A DNA stretch of 64,000 bases from Salpingoeca rosetta (lineage: Eukaryota > Protista > Choanoflagellata): the NCBI GenBank assembly GCA_033442325.1, contig JAWQFM010000007.1:234414-298413 (forward strand). Direction: 5' to 3'. The translations under genes were made by a program, and so were the position numbers. Below are positions 12,924-38,894 of the stretch, piece after piece. Under the pieces are notes generated by a model, which saw nothing but the letters and a program-made list of their open reading frames with translations, did no database searches and was not told the DNA's origin. Within the stretch, counting starts at the first letter, position 1, and each line of letters starts with the position of its first letter.

Positions 12924-15900
12924 ATGAAGAAGCGTAACAAGAACGCAGCCAAACCACCAGCAGCGACTATGACAACAACACCACCAGCACCGTCACTTCG
13001 CTTCACGCCCACGATGGCGCGTGTTCTCGGCATCATCGCGTCTTGCCTGCTGCTGGCAGCAGGCTCAACTGCACAGTCCCTTCGCGATTTCGAGATTGCA
13101 CACGCCGGATCCACAGACAGCCCTGCTCCTTCATGTCAGACCCGCTACGCCCCACGCGTGTACGCTGCAGACCCGCCGTGTGGGTTCCAAGACAGGGATG
13201 GCACCGTCAGGCTCAGCACAGGCATTGATCCGGCTGTGCAAGGCGATGCGAGGGCCACGTGCGCATTCTGGCTTCCGTTTACCGTCGCCCACAACACCAC
13301 CACCCCTGGCCCCAACGGAACGACAATCATCACCACAACGTCGTCCTTGAAGTGGTCCTGCTCGTGGCACGGGTGCGAGGCGTCTGCGACGGTGGTTGAC
13401 GGGGGCAACGCGATTGTGTGCGCGGTGCCGGGCAACATGCCGACGAACATCACGGCGACGGGGCCGGACGGCAGCCAGGCCGTGCGGGTGACGGTGCGGG
13501 TGTGGCACGCGCAATACGCGGGCGGCAGCGGGGACAGCGCGTGCCAGTCGCACGGCGGAGAGCCACCGGCGCTGTGGGACCAGCACGACTACGTGGTGGC
13601 GCACCGCAGCTGCGGGTGCCCGCCCGGCGTCGGCTACGTCGAGTGCGAGGAGCCCGACATGTGCCGCACGCACCGCTGCCTGGCGCACCCGCGGGCGGTG
13701 TGCGAGGTGAGCCACTGCGGGGTGTGCGCGGTGCGGTTCTACGCGGAGAAGCGCAGCTCGTACGAGGGCGTGGCGCCGCTGGACTGCCTGCCGCGCGACA
13801 AGTGCACGGGCGAGTGCCGCAAGGAGTTTGAGGCGTGCTCGCAGTACACCGGGTGCAGGGAGGCGCTGTACCGGCTGGTGGACGAGCGGGCGTCGTCCGG
13901 CACGTGCAACGGCACATGCCACGAGCGGCTGGCGGTGCCGACGGAGCCCGGCCGCACGCTGTTTGACCGCGTGTGGTCCTGCTACCGCACGTGCGAGGAG
14001 CGGGAGACGGTGCACACGGTGTGCGCGCTGCCGCCGCGGGCCGGGCAGTGCAAGGGGCGCATGACGCGGTGGTACTTTGACAGGATCACGGGCAAGTGCC
14101 GGCAGTTTGCGTATGGCGGGTGCGGCGGCAACGGCAACAACTTTGAGACGAGGGAGGCGTGCGAGCAGCGGTGCGAGCTCGGGGCGTGCTGCACGCGGCG
14201 CACGGTGCTGGACGACGTCGGGTACGACGCCAACGGGTACGACCAGTTTGGGTACGACCGGCGCGGGTATGCGCGGGACGGGTTCTCGCGGCGGCCGTGG
14301 ACATACGCGGAGTTTGTGCGAAACACGTTTGACCTGTTTGGGCTGGACGAGCGCGGGTACGATCCGCGCGGGCTGGACGGGTCTGGGTTCTCCGTGGACG
14401 GCATGTCGCAGAACATGAGCCGCGACGGCCTGCAGTTTGAGTACCTGGAGGAGCAGATGTACGACGCGTGGGGCGTGGACAGGGCCAACATGAGCAGGCA
14501 GGGCTTTGACCTGCGCGGGTACGGCTACAACGGGCTGTACCGGCAGGCAGAGTACACGTGCCAGCAGACGACGCGGGAGCAGTGCCAGGCGCTGGAGGAG
14601 GGCGATCCCAACACAGACGTGGTGTCGTTTGTGCGCGGGGTGGCGTGCGGGGACAGGCAGTGCGGCAACCCGCAGTGGCAGGAGCCGCGGCAGTGCATCT
14701 ACCAGGGCCGGCGGTACAACTACGGCGAGACGTTCCGCTACGCCTGCCAGTGGTGCGTGTGCGGGACAGACGGGGCGGTGACGTGCCAGTGCACGCCGCG
14801 GCGGCGCCGTGAGATAAGGGACCTGACGCTTGACGAGGTGCAGACGTACATTGACGCCATCTGGCGCCTGTACAACAGTGGCAACAGGTGGAACGAGTTT
14901 GTCAACATGCATCTGGGCGCGGCAACCACAGCGCATGGCAACCCGACCTTTCTCCCCTGGCACCGAGAATTCACAAACCAGTTTGAGCTTGCGCTGCGGG
15001 AGGTGACTGGCAACTGCGACTTCACGCTGCCCTACTGGGACTGGACAATCGACAGCAGCTCGCCCGAGACCTCGCCTGTGTGGAATCTCATTGGCGGCAA
15101 TGGCCAGGGTGGCAACAACTGCGTGCAAGACGGCCCCTTCGCCGGCTTTCGTCCGTGCCTCCGTCGAAACTGGGATTCAAGCGTGTCGATTCCTTCGATC
15201 GCAGATGTGACCAACGTGCTGAGAATCCGGGATTACACCACCATGTCGGCACGACTCGAAGCCATTCACGGCAACGCCCACAACTTCATCGGCAGTCAAA
15301 TGTCCACCATGTCTGCACCCTACGACCCTGTCTTCTTCTTGCATCACGCATACGTCGACAAGCAGTGGTACGACTGGCAAGTCGTGCTCGGAAACGGCAA
15401 CGACTTTACACCTGAGCGACTCCACGACACGATGGACCCGTTTCCCAAGACGCCGGCAGACGTGCTTGACAGCGAGGGCCAGCTGTGCGTGGTGTACGAG
15501 CCGCCTGGCCGCACGCCGCCCTGCAACGAGGCACTCTTTGGCGGTTCCTATGAGACAAAGGGATACTACGCACCCGGTGCCCGGCCGCAGTACGACCGCG
15601 ACGGCTACGACAGGGATGGATATGACAGGCGTGGACTTGACAAGCTCGGGCGGAACCGGGATGGGGTGCGTGTTGGCGGGGTCACTGCGACGGGGTTCAA
15701 CACGGCCGGAGTGGACAGCCGCGGGTGCAGCATCATGCATCCGATGCCGCTGTACATGCGCGACGTGTTCCAGGCGCAGCGGGAGCTGTACCGGCGCATC
15801 CAGGCCAACGCATATGTGCAGCCCGCGCGCACGTGCAGCCCACTGCAGCCGCTGCCGGCGTGGTGGAAGGCGTCCATGTGGATGTCGCGCGGCGGGCTGT

Positions 15901-17688
15901 ACGGGGCGATCATGGATGCGTACGAGGCGTACCTCGAGGAGGCGCTGGTGAGGCAGCCGGACGAGTGGCAGCGGGACAGGACGCAGTCGCAGCCGTCGAT
16001 CCTGGAGGACCTGTGCTTTGCGGCGGACGACCTGACGCTGCGGCAGGACGACAGCTGGCGGCCGGGCGACGACTACCAGTGCCCGCCCGGCTTGCCGCGG
16101 CAGAACTGCGAGTGGAATCCCTGTGCGAATGCGACGTGTCCCGGGTCGCCGGACGCGACGTGCTGGGTGAACCCCTGCGGGCGGTGCCGGCCCGAGTTCT
16201 ACCGGGAGGACGGGTCGCGTGCGCGCTGCTACTCGACGTGCCCGGTGGAGGAGGGCACGTGCACGTTTGACCCGTGCGCGTATGCGACGTGCGAGGCCAA
16301 CCCGGAGGCCGTGTGCGAGACGAGCCCCTGCGGCGGGTGCGAGGTGGAGTGGAGCGACCCTGAGACGGGCGAGCCGGTGACGTGCGATGTTGAGCCGGAC
16401 TCGTGCGCTGCGCAGGGCCAGACGTATGTGTGCGGGGAGGACGGGCAGACGTACGACAACGTGTGCTATGCGCGGGAGGCTGGGGTGAAGATTGCGTACG
16501 GGGGGCTGTGCGTTGCGTGCGAGCGGCTGTGCCCGCCGGAGGGGATGGCGGCCAAGGCGTGCGGCGAGGACTGGCAGACGTATGCGTCTGTGTGCCACGC
16601 GCGGTGTGCCGGGGTGAAGGTTGTTGTACACGGGGGCGTGCCGGCCGCTGCCTGTGACGTGTGAGCAGGTGAACTTCTTCAAGGCGTCTGACGCGGGGCG
16701 GCAGCAGCTGTGCAACGAGCACACGTCGTGCCTGACGACGGTGGCGCGGAGCGCGGACAACCGGTGTTTCTGGAACGAGGACACGCGGCGGTGCAGCTGC
16801 CAGCCGTCGGACGTGGTGTGCACGGCTGGTGCGCACGAGTGTGCGCGGTGCTGCAACGACGACCTGCGGCGGTGCCTTCGCTGGGGGCAGGACAGCGTGG
16901 ACACGTGCTGGCGGGAGGCGTACGTTGCGTGCACGGTGCAGTGTGCGGAGGAGTACGATGCAGCCAAGCTGCCGGTAGCCGCGGCCTCTGTTGGCAGTGT
17001 TGATGATGGCGATGGCGGCGATGGCGGCGATGGAGGGATTAACATCTTCCTTGGAGACGATGACATGGTGCACAGCGGTAACGACACGAACAGCACTGCG
17101 CCTGGCCCCACTGGCCCGCTGGACACGGTTGTGTTCCGTGTTGGGCTGCGCGGACGCCCGAGCACGACGATGGACGCGGCGCAGTTTGCGGAGGCGACAA
17201 GCCTTGCTGTTGGGCGGGCGTCGTTTGTGCCGTCGGCGATGCGTGTAGTTGGGGCGAGCGCGATGGCTGCGGAGCGGCTGGGCAACACCACGGCCGGGGT
17301 TGAGCTTGAGGTGAACGCGGAGAGCAGCGACGGGTACGCGGTGCAGGCTGCGCTTGAGGCCGCGGTGGTGGAGGGCCGGCTGGCAAAGGAGGTGGCCATC
17401 TACACCGGCAGCGCCACCACAGACGACGTCATGCTGGTTGGAGCTGTGGAGGTGATTGAGCCACCAACCACGCCTGCACCGACTGACGATCCAAAGGTCA
17501 ACCCACGTGAGTCCGATGCAGCCATCCCGATCCCAGCCATTGCTGGTGTTGTTGCGGCCCTGATTGTAATTGTCGGCTGCATTCTCGCTGTCGCAATTGT
17601 TCGCAAGCGCTCATGTGTCCGCCCGAAAGCGTCAGAGTCGACGTCGCCTGCTGGGCCGCGTGGCGTCACCACCGTTGGCGACAACTGA
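12924..17688 (+). CDS. Intronless multidomain cell-surface tyrosinase, copy A: signal peptide, IPT/TIG-like, Cys-rich, Kunitz, GYD repeats, VWC-like, tyrosinase, GYD repeats, 2 Cys-rich repeats, 2 Kazal, stalk, TM. +1 frameshift near 16624
   Basis: ORFs 12924..16664 and 16621..17688. Kunitz CALPPRAGQCKG..WYFD..C..FAYGGCGGNGNNFET..C; CuA H..AHGNPTFLPWHR; CuB HGNAH..DPVFFLHH; Kazal VCGEDGQTYDNVC; TM IAGVVAALIVIVGCILAVAIV-RKR. Confidence 0.9.
13352..17442. repeat. Left arm of a ~4.1 kb inverted repeat (partner 28777..32865)
   Basis: Reverse complement nearly identical to the copy B coding sequence; many identical shadow ORFs appear on opposite strands in the ORF track. Confidence 0.95.
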
Positions 17689-17700
17689 TCTGAACCATCG

Positions 17701-17769
<69 letters not shown>

Positions 17770-18334
17770 TGTGTGTTCTGATGCTTGCGATTGTGATCCT
17801 TGTACATGCGGTCATTCTTTTTGCTCTTTGCTGTGCATAGTCTCAGTTTCCCGCGCTGCTTACACAACTGTGTTCTGCCTACACGATCGCCCTTGCCCTA
17901 CTGATAGCGCCTGTGTATGTGGGTTTTGTTCTTCCTACCATCGTGGGGTCTCTCTTGTCACCCGTGCGTGCATTGCGGCTGTTTTGTTTGGGAAGCCCCT
18001 CTCAAGATTGCTTCATGATGCGTGCTGCTGGTGCTCTGTTCATCATAGAATGTGCAAACTGTACAATTGCGGCAGATCCTATCAACAGTCATCAAATACG
18101 CGTGGTCAGAGGCAAGGCTAAATGTGTGTATGTGTGTTGGGGGGAGGGGAACATATGGAAGAAAGCATCATCAAGCTAATGAATCTCACAAAAACGACAG
18201 GGACACAAGGCTGGCAAAGCGGAAGCTGTGAGCGGCACAACAAGGCAGAGCAGCAAGAAATGCTCTGCCCACATGATATTAAGGCAAAGTGACATTGGGA
18301 ATGGCACTACAGAAAGGGAATGCGCGCTACACAC

Positions 18335-27234
<8,900 letters not shown>

Positions 27235-28529
27235 GTGAACAGCAGCGAGGAAGCCCCGCAACCGAGAATGTCCGCGCCCGCAGCAGAGCGCGGGTGACAA
27301 GAGCGTCGCGGATGGAATCACAACCACGCGCTTCCAGGCCCCAGCATGCGACTACGCAGGAAGAGCAGGAACAGCGCGCGTAATCAGCAGGCGCAGGAGA
27401 GGGGTGAAGACGGAAACGACACGCCCGAGAGCCGTGCTGTAGATGGGGACGGCGCCGCGCTTCTGCAGTCAACAAGGTGGGATTGTTGCCGTACGCACAG
27501 GCACGTACACGCGTACGATCTGACACGAAGCCAACGCTGATGGGCAAGCAAGAAGCAGGGTACAGAGTGGAGAGCGCCAGACCGTTGTGTGGCCGCAACG
27601 TCAAGCACAGGCTCAGCGCAGGCCGACGCAAAGGTGGAAGCGAGGGGCGGACTTGTCGCAAGATTGTGCGCCCTCTTCGTCTTCTTTGCTTGTTCTTCTT
27701 CTTCTTCGCCTCCTTCAGTCGCTTCACTTGTTGCCGATGCAAGGCACACAATGGAGTCTGATTCTGACGGGTGCGTGCGGTGTGTAGCTCAAGATAGATA
27801 GTTACGTCAATCTGCCACCCTTGTCTCTATGTCTGTCGAGGCATGGGCGAGCGACCTGAGTGAGTGATGTGTGGCTGCTTGCTTGGTTGCTGTGTGTGTG
27901 GTTTGTGTGGTGTGTGTGTGTTTGAATTGGTGGTGTTGCTTGTGCCGTGCGATCACGGAATATTCACGATGCTACCAACAATTCTCAACAAGCACACCAC
28001 CCAACCACACAAACCAAACGCCACAACCAACTGCACGCACGCAACGATGTGTGTGTGTGTGGTGTGTGTGTGTGCGTGCTCCCTTGTTGCTTGCTTGCTT
28101 GATTGCTTGCTTGCTCCCTCCCTCGCTTGGTTTGTGCGACTGAGTGTTTACACGTGAGGTTGACCCCGAATGGTGTGGCGGGGCGGAGCGTGCTGCTGGA
28201 TGACACACCGCCCAAACAGTGCTTGGCTCACGCACACGCCTGGAACGAGTGAGTGGGTGGCTGTGCGTTTATGAACAGAGCGTAGGCACGCAAGTACACA
28301 AGCACGCACGCAAGCGCACGAGACAACGAGAGATGCACGCCGTGCGTACAGTGTCCATCGAAGCACACAACAGTAAACATGATGGACAACCACGTAAGCC
28401 AATTCAAAAACCGATAAGGACGCACATCATCTAACCTTCACACAACATGTGAGACAAGGCATCAGGTACGAACAAGAGAAATGTGCAACATCATCAAGAT
28501 GGCTGTTTCATGTATGCGACAACGTCTCA

Positions 28530-33818
<5,289 letters not shown>

Positions 33819-34662
33819 GTTCTCGAGTTTGCTCCGATCTTTCGCTCCTGTCTTGCCTGTGCCTTTGCCCTCTGGTTCGATGCGTGCCCTCACACACACA
33901 CACATACATACACACAGACACACACACACACTCTCTCTCTCTCTCTCGCTTGAGCAGCTTTGAGCTCTCTTCTGCTCGCTCCTGCTTGTTCCCCTTGCTC
34001 ACCTGTTGGTCTCGATGCGAGTGTGTTGTGCGCTGTGTTGGTGTGATGCACACGGAACGTGTTCTCGAGGATGTGTCTCGCAGAAACCTTGCTCAGATCA
34101 GGTGGTCAAGCCGAGAAATGAACGGTGCAACACGAACCCACCACCCCAGGTTTTCTCATGCGTTGCTTGCGGATAGCTGGCTTCTGCTTGGGCCCTGCGC
34201 TTGTGCGGTTGTGTGCTTGCTTTAAGTGCCGTTGACGAGCCGAGTGGTCAGCACATTGGCGCGGTGTGTCACGTCACACAACGCCCACAGCACACTGCGT
34301 GCAGGCGTGCGTGGCCTTGTGCATGCATCGCGCTGGTCATGGTTGCTGGTGGCGTGCACACTGTTGTGGGAAGGTCGTTTGTGCGTTGTTGTTTTGGTCT
34401 GCGAGGTGCGTGCCAGCAGAAAAATTGTGGTGTCGTTTGAGAAATTTGCCTAAGCTGTTGTTTTGGACAGTTGAACGCATACACTGCTTCTGTCCATCTT
34501 TGGCTGCTGTGTATTTTCGTAAGAGGCACACACCAACGAACGACAAGCAAGGCAAGGCAAGGAAGAAACCAGAGCCAAGACAGGAACATACCAGAACACA
34601 ACAACAAAGCAGGTCTGTAGGCAACGAGGAACAGCGAGCGCAGGTCAAACAAGGCACGTACG

Positions 34663-34750
<88 letters not shown>

Positions 34751-34955
34751 CACAGACACACACACGTTCACAGACACACACACGTTCACACACAAACAGA
34801 CTGTTCACACACATTCACACACACACATTCACAGGCAGTCACCAGCACCGCAGCAGGCCAAGCAAACACCAAACACAGTTCGCGTCCAGGAGAAGGGGGA
34901 AAGGAGGGGGAAGAGACGGATAAAGGAGGAGTGAGAGAGAGGGGGAAACGACCGC

Positions 34956-36013
34956 TCAGACAGAGTCCTGTGCGCCTTCGTCCTGGCTGCGTGCCTTTCG
35001 CGCCATGGCGACGCCAACAACGACGCCGACCAGGAGCAGCACGCCAACGACAATGCCGGCAATGGCGCCAACAGAGAGGCCGGCAGCACCAGCAGCACCG
35101 TCGCTGCCACCGCTGCCATCAGAGTCGGAGACGCGTGGGGCGTTGGCCAGGTCGCTGTCCGTGTTGTTTCCGCGGGCAGTGGTGCTAGGTGCAGCCGTGG
35201 TGGACGGAGCGTGGCTGCTGCTGTAGATCATGGTTGGCTCGCCAGAGCCGGAGCCCATGTCCGAGGTGGTGGAAGTGGTGGTGGTGGCGTTCATGGTCGA
35301 TGTTGTGGTGGGGGCTTCCGTTGTGGACATGCGGCGTGTGTGGCACTCTGCCTTCCAAATGCAATGGCGGTTGCGGCGGCAAAAGTACTCCCGCTGTCAA
35401 GCGCAATATGTATATGTGTGTGAGTGCGTGTGTGAGTGAGTGCGTGTGTGTGTGTGTGTGTGTGTGAGTGAGCAATGCATGCATGCAGCTCCAATACAGC
35501 ACGAGCATGTCCCTCAGTGTTTTCATCCACCGACAACACACGTCAACCACACACGCACCCGCACACACACGCGTACACAAGCACACACACAAGACACAAA
35601 CACACACACACACATGACACGAACAAGCACACCCCTCCGCACACACACACATGACACACATGACACAAACACGCGTACACAAGCACACACACACACACGA
35701 CACAAACACGCATACAACACAAACTGATCCTCACCTCAATGGAGGCGCACGAGTCGGTCGTGGGGTGGCAGCCATTGTGTGGGTGCCAGGCGCAGCGACG
35801 ATCGCGCTCGCAGTACATCCGCCGCGCGTAGTTGCAGTAGTTGAAGCGTGGTGCACAGGAAGCAGACACCGCGCAGCTGTAATCTGCTTTGCATCGGTGC
35901 ATATCTTGTCCGTAAGCCTCGCAGTGGTCGTCTTGGCGCATGCCTCCGGCGGAAACTTGCAGGCACAGCAGAGCCAGTATGGCAGCCGAGATGCAGAGGG
36001 AAGAAGACAGCAT
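34956..36013 (-). CDS. Small type I membrane protein: signal peptide, Cys-rich (PSI-like CxW) repeats, Ser/Thr mucin stalk, TM (2 exons)
   Basis: MLSSSLCISAAILALLCLQVSA; CERDRRCAWHPHNGC; exon 2 YFCRRNRHCIWKAEC, Thr-rich stalk, LSVGAIAGIVVGVLLLVGVVVGVAM-ARK, ends DSV*. Confidence 0.8.
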
Positions 36014-37891
36014 CTTGACGTCTTGCGTGAACGGTTCAGTGATCCAAAAGCGGTGTGAAGACCAGAGTGGCTTTATGGGCGAGAGTCGAAGCAGCGATGA
36101 CTCGCGAAGAAGAAGGAAGCAGTTGCCAGGTATCGGGCGACGGTCTTGCAGTGTGTGCGAAGAGAGATGGGCTTGGTCAGCGATCCAAAGGGAGGGTGGC
36201 TGCAGCTGGCGTCGGTGGAAAATGAACTCATGTCCACACTCCACCTGACATGAAATCCGGGTTGAGCCATGCAGCTGGCCAATGACCAGCACGCTAGCCG
36301 CTGGAGTCAACCCCTCCCCCCCCCCCCCCACACACACACGCAGGCATACATGGTGACCATTCGCCAAAACAAAGGTGCGACCATGGTTTCAGGGCAAGTG
36401 ACACGAGGCCCGTGCGTGGCTGCACCCGGCATTGAAAACATTCACATTGTGAGCGGCCTCGTCAATGTGACAATGCCCAAAACGAAGCAGCATGCGAGGC
36501 CACTGTTTCCGTCGGCCTGCACTCGACTTCAATGTGCTCCTGTCATCACACACACGCGCGGCATTCGTGCAATCGCCAGTGGGCCTACTGAAATGTTAGA
36601 CACTGCTGGACTGCTCCATGCCACGTCGCATCAGGTCACCCCAATTGGTGATGCAGCCAATGCTGTGAGGTGAGATGGGGGGTGTCAGGGATGGCTCTGT
36701 CTTCACGGGAGCCGAAACAATGGGGCGTACTGCAGACACCTCTGCGTGGGTGGTGGCTGATTTTACAAAAATAAGCAGATGAAGCCAAGAGTGCACACAA
36801 AGGTGTGTTTGTCTGTTCTTGTGTGCGCGTGGCACGAACGCGCAAGAGTGGTGCGACGAAGCGACAATGTGCTAATGTATGCTTGCGTGAGGTGGACAAT
36901 GGCCTCAGCTGTGAGGGTGTTTTGTGAGCATGTTCCATCTTTGCATGTGCATTGAAGAAATATGGTTCAAGATTTACAACAATTGTCGACACTGCCACTT
37001 TTCAGTGTCTCAGTGTTCTGGTGTTCCACGTGGTTCGAACCCACCAAGCCACCACAGCACCACCACTCACTCAAAGACTCACCCATGCAGCTCACCCTTA
37101 CTCAGGTCAAGTCAATAATGCAAGCTGCACTGTGTGTATGGGTGTAGGGATAACGGGCGGCGATATGTACAATGGGCAAGGCTCGCAACAATCATGCACG
37201 AGAGGGTGCAGCAAACAGCCCGGCAATCACAAGGCCGTGCAAGCAGAAGCAACAACAAGACAACAATCGAAGTGCAAGAAGGGAAGAAAGGACGTAGAAC
37301 AGGACACCAACGCGAGAGAAGAGTGGAAGGAGAGTGCATCTTGGAACATATGCAAAACAAAAAAGAGCAAAGGCCTTTTTGCTCTTTTGGGCAACAATGA
37401 TCACAAAAGAGTGGAGACGAACAGATGAAGCAATTCCGACATCAGGAAGGAGAGGTTCTAAGATAGGGACGAGAGAGCATGAACTCATGAAGCGATGCAC
37501 TGATGCAGTTCAGGCCAGTATTGTCATGGGGTCACATACAGTAAACTGAAGTCAACGACCCAAGCAAGGTGCGGCGTTTGCACCGCTCCAACAAACAAAC
37601 CTTCAACAAGGAAATGAGTCAGGGGCAGGCGCGTGAACATGGTCAACAGAGACAGTAAGGCTGGAAGGGGGCATATGCGGTGTGGTGGTCACTCTAACCA
37701 GGAAAGCTGGTGATGGAAACCAGCCCATCACACCAGCAAGGATCGAGCCAACAACCCAACGCCAACAACAACGCTCCGCAAGGAGGCAAGATTCAACCAC
37801 ACATGCGAGTATGCAGATGCATGAGGGAAAAAAAAAAAACAAGAGAGGATGTTCAATCAATGAATCAACAAAGCCGCAAGAGACGAAAAGG

Positions 37892-38606
37892 TTAAATTGA
37901 CAGGGAGGCGTCACGAGAGAGGGGGAGGCTGGACGGCGATGACCGGTCATCCGATGACGATGACGAGGATCGGCATCCCTTTCGCCAGGCCACGATGGCG
38001 ACAATGATGATGATGACAAAGCCCAAGCCCGCACCAGCAGAGGCGAGAGGCAGCAACAGATCCCCTGCATCGCCCTGCACACCATCGTTTGTGGTGATTG
38101 GGGGTGGCTGTGAGGATGCGGACGACGGCTGGCCAGCACCAACGCTCCCGCCAGCCGAGCTTGTCGTGGACGTCATTGGCGACGACGAAGACGTAGCATG
38201 TGTTGTCGTTGTGGAAATGCCGGGATTTGTCGTTGTAGTTGTTGTGGTGGTCGTAGTGGTTGTTGTGGTTGTTGTTGTGGTTGTGGTGGTCGTGGTGGTG
38301 GTTGTCGTGGTCGTGGTCGTTGTAGTGTTCGTGGGACAGGTCCATGTGCAGTCGAGGTTCAAGAGACATCCCGTAAACTGCAATGCCAAGCGCAAGAATT
38401 GAGGAAAGTGATCCGTGAGCGCAGCCGCATGATTGAATAGCGAACAGGCGCACGAAGCACAACGAACTAAACTGCATCCATCTCGCACGCACCACCTCCA
38501 CACCTCTACCGCCCCTTCTGTCTCTCACTCACCCACACACTCTCACTCTTTGCGTCTCCCATCTCTCTCGCACTCTCACTTCTTGCATCTCTCTACATTC
38601 TCCGCT

Positions 38607-38657
<51 letters not shown>

Positions 38658-38894
38658 GCACACGCTGAAACGCACCGAGAGGCCGGCGCAGCCAAATCCT
38701 GCTGGGATGCAGCCATCGTTCGAGTCCCAGTCACAGGCAGCATCCAGTTCGCACAGCAGCTGTGTCAGCAGTGTACCGCACAGGGTTGCCTTGTCCTTGC
38801 ATTCGCATGCCTCTGCCTTCTGGTGTCCCATTGTGCACAGTAGCACAAGCAGCACAGGCGCGAGCCAGCTGGAACTGCGCATCATCATCATCAT
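37892..38894 (-). CDS. Small type I membrane protein: signal peptide, Cys-rich CxW module, poly-Thr stalk, TM (2 exons)
   Basis: MRSSSWLAPVLLVLLC; CECKDKATLC..CELDAACDWDSNDGC; exon 2 GCLLNLDCTWTC, poly-T, LGFVIIIIVAIVAW-RK, ends LSI*. Confidence 0.8.

Noticed and set aside
13131-17399. Long antisense ORFs (665 aa, 740 aa; also 28761..30878 and 31305..33062)
   Set aside because: Shadow frames of GC-rich coding sequence with no recognisable domains.
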